Shown: positions 21,560 through 31,490, counted from the first letter of the stretch. The stretch: 45,933 nt of DNA from Actinomycetota bacterium (GCA_009886115.1 VFJJ01000035.1:1-45933); one strand, 5' to 3'. Notes: generated from the letters alone by a model not told the origin. A program made the numbers and translations.

Positions 21560-24280
21560 ATGACGGCGACCGTTCCCGACACTGTGATCGCTCCGGGGCC
21601 GGGAGCGCCGCCGGCCGTCGCTCGACCCCAGTTCTCCTGCCTCGACGGCCTGCGCGCCATCGCGGCGCTCAGCGTGCTCGCCCACCACGTGGGCTTCGAC
21701 ACGGGGGCGACGTTCCGGCACGCTGGCGCGGGCGAGTTCCTCGCCCGTATGGACATCGGCGTCTCGGTCTTCTTCGCGCTCTCGGGATTCCTGCTCTACC
21801 GCCCCATGGTCACAGCGATCGTGGAGGGACGTCCGCTCGTGCCGCTCGGCGAATTCTGGAAGCGCCGGGTGCTGCGGATCTTTCCCGCCTATTGGCTGGC
21901 CCTGTTCGTGATCGTGGTCGCCTTCGGTCGCACGCTCAGCGACATCGGTGACGTCGTGGTGCTCGGGGGGTTGTTGCAGATCTACGACGAGAGCCGCTTC
22001 TTCGGGGGTCTCGTCCAGGCCTGGAGCCTGAGCACCGAGATCAGCTTCTACCTGCTGTTGCCCTTGTACGCCTTGGTGATTCGGCGTCGGCTGGCCGGCC
22101 GCTCAGCCGAGCAGCGGCTCCGGTTCCAACTCGGAGCGATCGTCGTGCTGTACCTCGCGGGCCTGGCCTGGCGGATGCTCCTGCTCGGCGCCGACCCTCC
22201 GGGGATCGCCCGCATCGGCCTCCACTGGCTCCCCGGCCAGATCGACCACTTCGCGATCGGCATGGCGCTGGCGGTGGTGTCGGTGTGGGCCGGCCGTTCC
22301 CCGGCGGTGGCCGAGCGCCTCGAGCGCTCCACTACGCGCCCGTGGATCTGGTGGTCGGGGGCGGCCGCCGCGTTCTGGGCCGTGAGCGTGCCGCTCGACG
22401 TCCCCGGGGGGCTGGCGCAGATCCCGGCCGGGACCGACCTGGTCCGCCAGTTCCTCTACGGACTGGTGGCCTTCTTGCTCTTGGCCCCGGTGATCGTCGA
22501 ACCCGGGGTCCGGGGCGGCTCCGGCGGCTCCGGCGGCTCCGGTGGTCGCTCGGGCATCAGGCGATTCCTCGCGCATCCGGTCATGTGGTGGATGGGCGTG
22601 ATGTCGTACGGGATTTACCTGTGGCACAAGGACCTGATCCCCAAGGTGCAACTGCTGCTCGGGTGGGAGAACTTCCAAGGCAACTGGTTCGTGGTCTTCG
22701 GCATCACGCTGGCGGCCAGCACCGCGATCGCCGCGCTGAGCTACTACCTGCTCGAGCAGCCGCTGATCGCCCGCAAACACGGCCGCGCCGCCCGACCGGC
22801 GACGGTGTGGACGGGCCTCCTGCCCGACGCCGATGCGGACGCCGATGCGGACGCCGACGCGGACGCCGAGGCGGGCGCGGTACCCGGTGCGGTGGCCGTG
22901 CTGCCCGGGCGCAGGCCCCGAGCTGGCGACGGGGCCGAGCATCGCCCCACGTTCTGGCGGCGGGTGATCGTCGTCACGCTCGTCGGGCTGGTGCTGCGGA
23001 TGGCGTACCTGTGGTTCTCTCGTCGGGGCATCTACGACTGCCCGCCCGAGACCCTGCTCGGGTGCGCCGGCGACTCGTACGTGTACCACACGGGCGCCAA
23101 CCTCATCGCCGACGGTCAGGGGTTCGTGTCGCCGCTGGGCCTGCTCGACGGCAACCGCTTCCCCGGCGCCGATCATCCGCCGCTGTACTGGCTGTACCTG
23201 GCGGCGTACTCGTTCGTCGGCCTCGACAGCTACACCTGGCATCAGATGGCCACGGTGCTCGCCGGGGTCGCGGCGATCCCGGTGGCGGCCCTGGTGGGCC
23301 GCGAGCTCGGGGGTGTGCGGGTCGGGCTGGCGGCGGCGATCGCCGTGGCGCTGTACCCGAACATCTGGATCAACGACGCGCTCGTGCTGTCGGAGACCCT
23401 CACGATCCTGCTCGTCCTCGTGGCACTACTGGCCACCTACCGGGTGTGGCGACAGCCGTCGGCCGCGAACGTGGCCCTTCTCGGACTCGCCGGTGCTGCC
23501 GGTGCTCTCACCCGGGCCGAGGTGGTGCTCGTGTACCCGTTCGTCGTGCTGCCGCTGCTGGCTCGGCACCGTGCCCTGGCCACGTGGGGGCGACGGATCG
23601 CCCTGCTGGCTCTGGCGGGCGGCGTCGGCCTCGCCGCCATGGCGCCCTGGCTGATTCGCAACCAGCGCCAGTTCGAGGAGCCGGTGTACCTCTCCACGGG
23701 GCTCGGTGTCACGCTGCGCTACGCCAACTGCGACCAGACGTATTCCGGTCGGCTCATCGGCTATTGGTGGTTCGAGTGCAAGGGCGATGTCGACCTGCAG
23801 GCCCTCGCCGACCAGTCGGTGCTCGACAAGGCCTTGCGCTCGCAGGCCATCGACTACATCGAGGCCCACAAGAATCGGCTCCCGGCCGTGCTCGCGGCCC
23901 GTTTCGGGCGCACGTGGGGCCTCTACAAGGTCAACCAGATCGCCTACCTCGACACGTTCGAGCACCGACCGCTGTGGGCGACGCGCCTGGGCGCGATCAG
24001 CTTGTACCCGGCCATGGCCTTCGCCGCCTTGGGCATGCTCGTGCTGCGCCGCCGCCGAGTTCCCGTGTACCCGTTGCTCGTCCCGCTTGGAATCGTCACC
24101 TTTGCCGTGCTCTTGACCTTCTCCCAGACCCGGTACCGCTCGACGGCGGAGGGGTCCCTGGCGGTGCTCGCTGCCGTCGGCATGCTGCGGACGGTCGAGG
24201 TGGCTCGGGCTCGCCGTCAGCGAGGCCGGGGGTCGGGATCGGTCGCCGACCGGCAGCCTTCGCCGCCGTCCCAGGCGTAG
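21560..24280 (+). CDS. Fusion of an AT3 acyltransferase (N-terminal) and a GT-C glycosyltransferase (C-terminal)
   Basis: AT3 motifs LDGLRAIAA...H, VSVFFALSGFLL, R.LRIFPAY, WSLSTEISFY, SYGIYLWH, YYLLEQP; (DA)n linker; then GDS..YH, DHPPLY, LSETL, TRAE, PW.IRN, RYR; no in-frame stop. Confidence 0.85.
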   Translation: MTATVPDTVIAPGPGAPPAVARPQFSCLDGLRAIAALSVLAHHVGFDTGATFRHAGAGEFLARMDIGVSVFFALSGFLLYRPMVTAIVEGRPLVPLGEFWKRRVLRIFPAYWLALFVIVVAFGRTLSDIGDVVVLGGLLQIYDESRFFGGLVQAWSLSTEISFYLLLPLYALVIRRRLAGRSAEQRLRFQLGAIVVLYLAGLAWRMLLLGADPPGIARIGLHWLPGQIDHFAIGMALAVVSVWAGRSPAVAERLERSTTRPWIWWSGAAAAFWAVSVPLDVPGGLAQIPAGTDLVRQFLYGLVAFLLLAPVIVEPGVRGGSGGSGGSGGRSGIRRFLAHPVMWWMGVMSYGIYLWHKDLIPKVQLLLGWENFQGNWFVVFGITLAASTAIAALSYYLLEQPLIARKHGRAARPATVWTGLLPDADADADADADADAEAGAVPGAVAVLPGRRPRAGDGAEHRPTFWRRVIVVTLVGLVLRMAYLWFSRRGIYDCPPETLLGCAGDSYVYHTGANLIADGQGFVSPLGLLDGNRFPGADHPPLYWLYLAAYSFVGLDSYTWHQMATVLAGVAAIPVAALVGRELGGVRVGLAAAIAVALYPNIWINDALVLSETLTILLVLVALLATYRVWRQPSAANVALLGLAGAAGALTRAEVVLVYPFVVLPLLARHRALATWGRRIALLALAGGVGLAAMAPWLIRNQRQFEEPVYLSTGLGVTLRYANCDQTYSGRLIGYWWFECKGDVDLQALADQSVLDKALRSQAIDYIEAHKNRLPAVLAARFGRTWGLYKVNQIAYLDTFEHRPLWATRLGAISLYPAMAFAALGMLVLRRRRVPVYPLLVPLGIVTFAVLLTFSQTRYRSTAEGSLAVLAAVGMLRTVEVARARRQRGRGSGSVADRQPSPPSQA

Positions 24281-25203
24281 CGGTCGTCGGCGCGCCAGGC
24301 GCCCTCGGTCCAGGTCGGCTCGGGTTCGAGGCCGAGCTGCTCGGCGATGGGCCGGAGGGCCGCCGCTGCGAAGCGCTCGGCGCCCTCGGCGCAGAGGTGC
24401 TTGCCGTCGGGCTTGCGTAGGCGCACCCCGGGCTCGGCCAGCTCGAGATGGCGCCCGTCGGGCCCGGCGAGCGCCCCAGCGGCGTCGACGTAGGTGACGG
24501 CGTCGTGGCGCTCGGCCAGGGCCGCGAGCTCGGCGTTGAGCGCCGCCACGGCCGCGTCGGAGCCGTGCAGCTCGGGCTGGCCCTGCCAGAGCATGCCCAG
24601 CCACACCACCGAGGCCCCGCGGGCTGTGAGCGCTCCCGCGGCCTGGTCGAGCAGACCGCCGTACCAGTTGCTCCAGATCGGATCGCCCGGTCCCCGCGCG
24701 GTGCCGTCGACCGGCCGGGAAACGACGTCGTGCGGGCCCACGGTGACGATCACCACGTCGGGATCGAGCTCCGCGACGTACTGCGGCCACAGGGTGGTCC
24801 AGTCGCGCCACTCGGGACGGGTGAGCCCGAAGCCCCAGTACGACTCGTCGCGTACGACGACCGGGCCGATGGCTCCGAGCGCCGCCTGCACGGCCGGGCT
24901 GGCGTCCCACATGATCCCGTCGCCGAGCAGCAGCACCCTCAGCGGCTCGGCGGCGGTGGGGGAGGGCAGCGTTGGCGGGGCGGCCGACGGTGGCTCGGTC
25001 GGTGGCACGGTCGGCGGCACGGTCGCCGGCCTCGCCGCAGGCGGGGTGGCTTGGCTACCGGTGGTCGTGGGTTCCGCCGCCCGATTCACCGCGACCGGAC
25101 GAGGCTCGGGTGCGCTTCGGGGCTCGGCGGGTCCACACGCCGCGAGGCCCAGGCCCATGGCGACGAGCGCGGCGACGGAAGCGGCGAACCTGGAGTGGAC
25201 CAC
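24217..25203 (-). CDS. SGNH-like lipoprotein (paralog 2) lacking the nucleophile Ser
   Basis: Lipobox LAAC; Pro/Thr linker; LLGDGIM in place of GDS; DGKHLC retained. Confidence 0.78.
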   Translation of the reverse strand: MVHSRFAASVAALVAMGLGLAACGPAEPRSAPEPRPVAVNRAAEPTTTGSQATPPAARPATVPPTVPPTEPPSAAPPTLPSPTAAEPLRVLLLGDGIMWDASPAVQAALGAIGPVVVRDESYWGFGLTRPEWRDWTTLWPQYVAELDPDVVIVTVGPHDVVSRPVDGTARGPGDPIWSNWYGGLLDQAAGALTARGASVVWLGMLWQGQPELHGSDAAVAALNAELAALAERHDAVTYVDAAGALAGPDGRHLELAEPGVRLRKPDGKHLCAEGAERFAAAALRPIAEQLGLEPEPTWTEGAWRADDRYAWDGGEGCRSATDPDPRPR

Positions 25204-25312
25204 GCCGCCAAGTATCTCGCGTTGACGCGGGTGCGTTCGATGGCGACGGGCGATGTGCGTGGTTCGCGCGGTCACGGTGGTCGCGGGAGGCTCCCGGCTA
25301 TCGTCGCCCGTC

Positions 25313-26755
25313 GTGGCCATCCCGTCCCTCAACGCCGATCGGCGATTCGTCCTCCGCCTGCTGGTGGTCGTCGCCATGGCGTTCGCTCTGCGGATGGCCT
25401 ACTTCTGGTTCTCGCGCAAGGGCGTGTGCGACTTCACGTACCCGCTCGACTACTTCTACAGCCCGGGCTGTCCGGGCGACAGTTCGGTGTACCACCACGG
25501 GGCCAATCTGCTGGCCGACGGGTTGGGCTTCATCGTCCCGACCGACTACTTCGCCAGTGGCGGTACCACGCTCAAGGCCGGAGCCGATCATCCCCCGCTG
25601 TTCACGCTGCTGCTCGCCGCGTTCTCGTGGATCGGGCTCGACTCGTGGTCGTGGCACGCGATCGTGACGGTGCTCATCGGGACTGCCACCGTGGCTGTCA
25701 CCGGTCTCTTCGTGCGCGACATCTTCGGATCACGCGCCGGGCTCATCGCTGCGGCGCTGGTGGGCGTGTACCCGTTCATGTGGTTGAACGACGGGCTGGT
25801 CCTCTCGGAAGGGCTGTCGATCCAACTGGTGGTGTGGGTCACCTGGCTGGCCCACCGGTTCTGGCGGGCACCCGGGTGGCGACCGGCTCTCGGGCTCGGC
25901 GTGGCGTGCGGCGCAGGGATGCTGACCCGGGCCGAGGCCGGGCTTTTCCTGCCCCTGGTGGTGCTCCCGATCATCCTGATGACGCAAGCGTCGTGGCGGC
26001 AGCGCTTCGTGCACGCGTTGACCGTGGGGGTGGCGGCGATCGTGGTTGTCGCGCCCTGGGTCGGTCACAACCTCACCCGGTTCAACCACCCGACCACGCT
26101 GTCGACGGGCTTCGGGATCACCCTGGCCAACACCAACTGCGACGACACGTACTACGGCGGCGGGCTCGGATACTGGTCGTTCCGATGCATCGGCGAGGTG
26201 CCCCGGGGCCCTGCGCTCGATCAGTCCGACGACGAGAAGTTCCTTCGCCAGAAGGGGCGTGACTACATCGCCAGTCACAAGGCGCGTCTGCCCGTCGTGG
26301 TGCTGGCCCGCCAGGGGCGGGTCTGGAACGTCTTTCGTGTGGGCCAGAACGTCACGTTCGACGTCGGCGAGGGTCGGCCGCAGTGGGCGACCGGTCTGGG
26401 TCTGGCCACCTACTACCCGTTCATGGTCCTGGCCGCTGTCGGGGCCGCGGCCGTCCGCCGCCGCCGGATCCCGGTGCTGCCGCTGCTGGCCCCGCTGGCG
26501 ATCGTGGCGATCAGCGCGTCGCTGGCGTTCGGCCAGGCCCGCTACCGCACCACAGCCGAAGCGTCGATCGCCATCTTGGCGGCGTTGGGCGTCGAGTCGC
26601 TCTGGGACCGTCTCCGACGCTGGGGAGCCGATCGGGAGGGCGACCGGGACACCGGCCGGGACACCGGTCGGGGCTCAGCCGGGGTCACAGGCTCCAACGG
26701 GATCGGCGACGTAGATGGGGTCGCCCGTCCAGGGGCCGAGGTCCCAACCGGGTGA
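25313..26755 (+). CDS. GT-C glycosyltransferase, paralog of the C-terminal half of 21560-24280
   Basis: LRMAYFWFSR.G, GCPGDSSVYH.GANL.ADG.GF, ADHPPLF, NDGLVLSE, TRAE, NCD.TY, RYR.TAE shared with the upstream fusion; TATCGT 8 nt before GTG. Confidence 0.85.
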   Translation: MAIPSLNADRRFVLRLLVVVAMAFALRMAYFWFSRKGVCDFTYPLDYFYSPGCPGDSSVYHHGANLLADGLGFIVPTDYFASGGTTLKAGADHPPLFTLLLAAFSWIGLDSWSWHAIVTVLIGTATVAVTGLFVRDIFGSRAGLIAAALVGVYPFMWLNDGLVLSEGLSIQLVVWVTWLAHRFWRAPGWRPALGLGVACGAGMLTRAEAGLFLPLVVLPIILMTQASWRQRFVHALTVGVAAIVVVAPWVGHNLTRFNHPTTLSTGFGITLANTNCDDTYYGGGLGYWSFRCIGEVPRGPALDQSDDEKFLRQKGRDYIASHKARLPVVVLARQGRVWNVFRVGQNVTFDVGEGRPQWATGLGLATYYPFMVLAAVGAAAVRRRRIPVLPLLAPLAIVAISASLAFGQARYRTTAEASIAILAALGVESLWDRLRRWGADREGDRDTGRDTGRGSAGVTGSNGIGDVDGVARPGAEVPTG

Positions 26756-27739
26756 GGGCGGCGGGAGCGCCCAACCCTGGGCGATCAGGGCCTCGTGCAC
26801 GGAGGTCGCGAGCGCGGCCGCGCCGGGGACGCACAGGTGCGCACCATCCTTCTTCCGGGCCCGTACCAGGGCGCCGGAGGCATCGTCGATGTAGTCGCGG
26901 TAGTTGCCGAGTGCGTCACCGAGCACCGGCTCCGCATCGAGGTACACGACCCTGCCGGGGAACCGGCCGGGGAGCTCGGCCAAGAGTGCGTTGATCCGTT
27001 CACGATCTCGGTGCTTGCGGGCACCGGGCGTCACGGCTGGCGCCCCGATGAACAGCAGCGTCGCGCCCTGGGCGGTGAGCGTGGCCACGGCCTGGTCGAG
27101 AACCTGCCGGTAGAACCCAGCGCCGTTGAGGCGAGCCATGTCCTCGTCCCACCCGCCGAACATCAACACCACGACCTCGGGCTGCTCGGCATCGACGCTC
27201 GGAGGCCACACGCTCCTCCAGTCGTAGGCCCCGGTGAGCCCGAAGCCCCCGAACGGAGCGAGCCCCTCGGTGGCCACCCGGGCCACGGTCGTCGACTCGA
27301 GCGCGGCCGTGATACCCGGTCGGGCGGTGTTCATGACCGAATCGCCGATGATGGCCACGCGCAGGGGGTCGCCGAGCGAGATCGCCCGCCGTGGACCGAT
27401 GCCGGGCTCGGCCGTTGCCGAGCCGGGGGCCGGCGCCGTGATGGGAGGCCCCGTCCCGGTCGTGGTCTGGGTCGTGGTCGGAGGCGTGGTCGGAGGCGTG
27501 GCCGGAGCCGGAGCCGTGGTGGTCGGATCTGCCGTGGTGGTCGGATCTGCCGTCTGGGCCGTGGATGACGGTGTGAACGCGGCGCTGGCGCCGAGGAGTG
27601 CGACGAGGACGGTCGCGGTTGCGGCGACCAACCGGGAGCCGGCTGGTACCGCCGGTGTGCGACGTCCTGGTCGCACCGTGGGCACGCGGGTCAGCCGGCA
27701 TTGCTCCCGAGCCCCAGGTTCACGCGACGCGGTACTCAC
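26675..27739 (-). CDS. Exported SGNH/GDSL-family protein (paralog 3)
   Basis: Hydrophobic signal-like segment, Pro/Thr linker, IIGDSV, GGWD, DGAHLC; start uncertain (27739 or 27685). Confidence 0.8.
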   Translation of the reverse strand: MSTASREPGAREQCRLTRVPTVRPGRRTPAVPAGSRLVAATATVLVALLGASAAFTPSSTAQTADPTTTADPTTTAPAPATPPTTPPTTTQTTTGTGPPITAPAPGSATAEPGIGPRRAISLGDPLRVAIIGDSVMNTARPGITAALESTTVARVATEGLAPFGGFGLTGAYDWRSVWPPSVDAEQPEVVVLMFGGWDEDMARLNGAGFYRQVLDQAVATLTAQGATLLFIGAPAVTPGARKHRDRERINALLAELPGRFPGRVVYLDAEPVLGDALGNYRDYIDDASGALVRARKKDGAHLCVPGAAALATSVHEALIAQGWALPPPSPGWDLGPWTGDPIYVADPVGACDPG

Positions 27740-27769
27740 GGCCCCATGCTGTCATGCGCCAGGAGAGTG

Positions 27770-28912
27770 TCATGCGTCAGGAGATGGGCACGGCCCGAGC
27801 GCCGCCGGCGCGAACCGGGGATCGAGCGTCCATTCGTCGGTGGACCAGGCCTCGACGGGCTCGGGCAGGTCCCAGTGCTCGCTTAGCGACTGCAGCGTCG
27901 CACGGGCGAATCGCGCGGCGCCGGAGGGACAGAGGTGGACGCCATCGCTCATGCGGACGCGCTCGGTTGCGCCGTCGGGACCGGGGAGATCGAACGCGAA
28001 GCGTCCGTCGACGCCGGTGAGGAACGGCTCCGGGGCCACGTACGAGACGACATCGGCAAACCGCGTCGGGAGCTGGGCGAACACCTCGTTGACGGCGTGG
28101 CGTGCGCGCTCGTCGTCGAGGAACCAGGCATTGGGGGCCGCGCCGACCCAGACGATCTCGGCGCCGCCCGCTCCCAGGATCCGCACGGCGTGCTCGACGA
28201 TGCCCTGGTACCAGTGCTGTCCGTTGGCGTCGACGGCGGCACCGTCGCCGGGCCCGACGTGGACGATCACCACCTCGGGATCGACGCGCTCGATGATCGC
28301 CGGCCACTCGCTGCGCCAGTCGTAGGCGTCGAGTCGGCTGAGACCGAGATCGGTCACGGCCACCTGCTCGACCACGACCACTCCGGTGGCCTCGAGCGCT
28401 GCCGCGATGGCGATCTCGGCGCCGAGCATCACCGAGTCGCCCACGACGAGCACCCGCAGCGGCGCGGCGGCCGAGACCGTCCGGCGAGGAAAGCCCGGCC
28501 CGAACGGATCGGCCAGCGGAGCGGCCGAGCGGGGCCCCGGCGATGGCGGGGCGGACGGCGCCGAGGTCGTCCCTGGCGTCGGTCCCGGCCCGGGCAGCGT
28601 GGTCGGTTGCACCGCATCGATCGCTGGGACCTGTGAGATCTGCACCGCCGCCGGCGGGGTCGCCGCCCGCTGATCCGATGCCGTTGTCGGCAGCGGGGTG
28701 GCTGCACCCGAGGGCGCGGAGAGCGATGATTGGGCCAGCGCCGGTCGAGGCGGTGGGGTCATGCGGAGGGCGGCCCCCGCAACCACCGCAGCGAGGATCG
28801 CCACGCAGACCGTCGGCCCGATCGAGCCGGGGAACGGGCCGGGCCGATCGGGAGCGCGCTCGGGCCCGACGGTGCTGAGAGGACGGTCGACCCGCGAGGG
28901 GTGGCGCTTCAC
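27770..28912 (-). CDS. Exported or membrane-anchored SGNH/GDSL-family protein (paralog 4)
   Basis: N-terminal hydrophobic helix, Pro-rich linker, VVGDSV, DGVHLC; GTGA overlap with the upstream AT3-SGNH stop. Confidence 0.8.
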   Translation of the reverse strand: MKRHPSRVDRPLSTVGPERAPDRPGPFPGSIGPTVCVAILAAVVAGAALRMTPPPRPALAQSSLSAPSGAATPLPTTASDQRAATPPAAVQISQVPAIDAVQPTTLPGPGPTPGTTSAPSAPPSPGPRSAAPLADPFGPGFPRRTVSAAAPLRVLVVGDSVMLGAEIAIAAALEATGVVVVEQVAVTDLGLSRLDAYDWRSEWPAIIERVDPEVVIVHVGPGDGAAVDANGQHWYQGIVEHAVRILGAGGAEIVWVGAAPNAWFLDDERARHAVNEVFAQLPTRFADVVSYVAPEPFLTGVDGRFAFDLPGPDGATERVRMSDGVHLCPSGAARFARATLQSLSEHWDLPEPVEAWSTDEWTLDPRFAPAALGPCPSPDA

Positions 28913-31305
28913 GACGTGAGGGCCGGGATGATCTGCTCGTCCGTGAGGGTGTCGATGATCCAGCGGGCGACGATGGTCTTGCCCTCGCCGTTACCGTCTT
29001 GCTCGTAGTGCAGCCCGTCGGGACGCAGGCGCACGTCCTCGAACGTGACGCCGCCATCGTCATCCGCGATGGGGAGCGCCACGTTCTTCTTGCAGCCGTC
29101 GTCGAGGTTGTCGGGGTCTTCGCCCGAGCCTTCGCCGGGGCAGACCCACGCGGCCAGGTCCACGAGCACGGCGCCGTCGTCGGCGTGGCGCTCGACGGCC
29201 GCCCGGTAGATGCGGTTCAGGCAGTCGACGCGCTCGTCGACCTCGTCGGCATCGACCCCGTACAGGTCAGATCGGGGCTCGCGCACATAGGCCACCGTCA
29301 TCACGGCGACCGTGGCGCCACCGGCGCCCAGGACCCCGAGGGCATCGTCGACCTCGCCGGCGAACCAGTCGTCGAAGACCGGCTGGCACGGACGCACCCA
29401 TTCACCGTCGAGCTTCCGTTCGGCGATGTCCCAGCCCCCGAACTGGAACACCACGAGCTGGGGCTGGGCCCAGGCGACAGCCGCGGTGTAGCGCTCTTCC
29501 CAGCCGTGGCATCCCGTGTCGGAGCCGGCGCCGAGGATGCGGACGTCGCCGTCGGCGCGTGAGAGCCCGCATCCCGATGCTGCCTGGTTGTCGACCCAGA
29601 GTCCGCCGTGCTCGTCGAGGATCGTCTCGAAGCCGAGGAAGGTGGACACCCCGAGCGAGTCGCCGACGATCGTGATGCGGTACCGCCCATCCGACTCGGG
29701 CGGTCCGGCCAGCAGCGACGGATCGGGACGGGTCGCCCCGGTGGCCCCGGTGGTGTCGGCGGTGTCGGTGGTGTCGGTGGACGGGGCGGTGACCCCCGGC
29801 CCGGTCGCCCCGCTCGAGGGCGTGCCGGTTCCCGTGCCCGGTGTCGGTGCGCCCGGTGTCGGGCCCGTGGGTGTTCCCGGGGCGACGGTGGGCACCGTGG
29901 GGATCGACGGGCCGGCGAGGTTGTCGGCCGTCGCCCCGTCGGTGCTCACGACCAGCGCCGCGATCACCACGGCCACCGCGGCGACGGGGGCGGCGACCGT
30001 CTGCCAGCCGTGGATCCAGCGACCCTTCCGGATGGGCTGCTCCAACAGGTAGTACGACGCCATGGCGATGCCCATCGACACCGCGTAGCGCACGAGCGAG
30101 AGCTGCCAGCCCGACCAGCCCGTGCGGTCGGGGTTGAGCACCACGAACACCGGCCAGTGCCACAGGTACAGCCCGTAGGAGATGAGGCCCAGGTACCGCA
30201 GCGCCGGCGTGGCGAGCACCTTCGAGACCGGACCCTGGACCGGATGGGCGACGGCGGCGATCACGATCGCGGCCAGCACCCCGCACAGGAGCAGGCCACC
30301 CTCGAACAGGCCCGGGGTGGGGTACTCGACCGTGACCCAGGCGAAGACCAGCCCGGCGAGCGCGAGCGCAGCCGCGACCTCGAGGACGGTGCGGCCGGCC
30401 CGGGAGGCCACCGGTCCCCGCCAGGCCACCCAGATCGCCAGGACCGCTCCGATGAGGATCGACGACGCCCGGGTGTCGGAGCCGAGATACACCCGGTTGA
30501 CGTCGGTCACGTCGTGATGGCGCAGCACCATGTAGGCCGCCGAGGCGACCATCCCGACGGTCGTGCACACCGCGAGCACGGCGAAACCGGCTCCGGGCCG
30601 TGCCGGTGCCGGTGCCGACGGGCCGCCGGCGTCGAGATCACCGAGTGCACCGTGGGCACCGTGGGCCCCGTCGCGGCGGGCCTGCACCCGGCGCCGACCG
30701 AGATGCAACAAGACGAACACGAGCAGCGGCCAGACGACGTAGAACTGCTCCTCGACGGCGAGGCTCCACATGTGCTCGAGCGGCGATGGCGTGCCCCCGA
30801 GGGCGTAGCCGCCGCCGCTGAAGATGGCGTTCCAGTTCGCCACGTAGAACAGGGCGTAGAGGCCGTCCTTGCGGATCACCTCGAGCTGGGAGTCGGGCGC
30901 GAACCAGACGGCGAACAGGCCCATCGCGGCCAGCACCACCAGCACCGCGGGCAGGAGCCGGCGGGCCCGGCGCGACCAGAACGTCTTGAGCGAGATGGCG
31001 CCGGTGCCAGTCCACTCGGCGAGGAGCAACGACGTGATGAGAAAGCCCGAGAGGGTGAAGAAGAGGTCGACACCGAGATAACCACCCACGAGCCGACCGT
31101 CGCGATCGCCGTTCCACAGGGGAGCGTCGTGGAAGAAGACGACGGCGGCCACCGCGGCGCCCCTGAGCCCGTCGAGACCGGGCATGTGCTTGAGCCGGGC
31201 GTGGCTCGGGCGCGATGGCGAGTTGGCATCGACGGACGCAGCCGCGGTCGGAGCCCGAGAGGGAACCCGAGGCGCATCGGCGATTCGGCTGGACAGGTCG
31301 ACCAT
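28909..31305 (-). CDS. OatA/OafA-like O-acyltransferase (AT3 + SGNH)
   Basis: LDGLRG.AV, GGYLGVDLFF.LSGFLIT, FW.RRARRLLP, H.WSLAVEEQFY, SYGLYLWHWP, Pro/Thr linker, IVGDSL...DGLH. Confidence 0.9.
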   Translation of the reverse strand: MVDLSSRIADAPRVPSRAPTAAASVDANSPSRPSHARLKHMPGLDGLRGAAVAAVVFFHDAPLWNGDRDGRLVGGYLGVDLFFTLSGFLITSLLLAEWTGTGAISLKTFWSRRARRLLPAVLVVLAAMGLFAVWFAPDSQLEVIRKDGLYALFYVANWNAIFSGGGYALGGTPSPLEHMWSLAVEEQFYVVWPLLVFVLLHLGRRRVQARRDGAHGAHGALGDLDAGGPSAPAPARPGAGFAVLAVCTTVGMVASAAYMVLRHHDVTDVNRVYLGSDTRASSILIGAVLAIWVAWRGPVASRAGRTVLEVAAALALAGLVFAWVTVEYPTPGLFEGGLLLCGVLAAIVIAAVAHPVQGPVSKVLATPALRYLGLISYGLYLWHWPVFVVLNPDRTGWSGWQLSLVRYAVSMGIAMASYYLLEQPIRKGRWIHGWQTVAAPVAAVAVVIAALVVSTDGATADNLAGPSIPTVPTVAPGTPTGPTPGAPTPGTGTGTPSSGATGPGVTAPSTDTTDTADTTGATGATRPDPSLLAGPPESDGRYRITIVGDSLGVSTFLGFETILDEHGGLWVDNQAASGCGLSRADGDVRILGAGSDTGCHGWEERYTAAVAWAQPQLVVFQFGGWDIAERKLDGEWVRPCQPVFDDWFAGEVDDALGVLGAGGATVAVMTVAYVREPRSDLYGVDADEVDERVDCLNRIYRAAVERHADDGAVLVDLAAWVCPGEGSGEDPDNLDDGCKKNVALPIADDDGGVTFEDVRLRPDGLHYEQDGNGEGKTIVARWIIDTLTDEQIIPALTS

Positions 31306-31490
31306 CTGGTGGATGCTCCTGGTGGATCACAGGGCCGCTCGGCGTCCGCTCAGGCTACCGGCCGACAGCCGTGCGCCCTGAGGCACTCCGACCCTTCCGG
31401 GGAGGTTGTTCTTGCTTGTCCCGATCATTCTCGGCTCTCGGAGGCTGCGCTACCCTCGGCGGTTCTTGCCCCTCTCGCCGGAGGCCGTCG

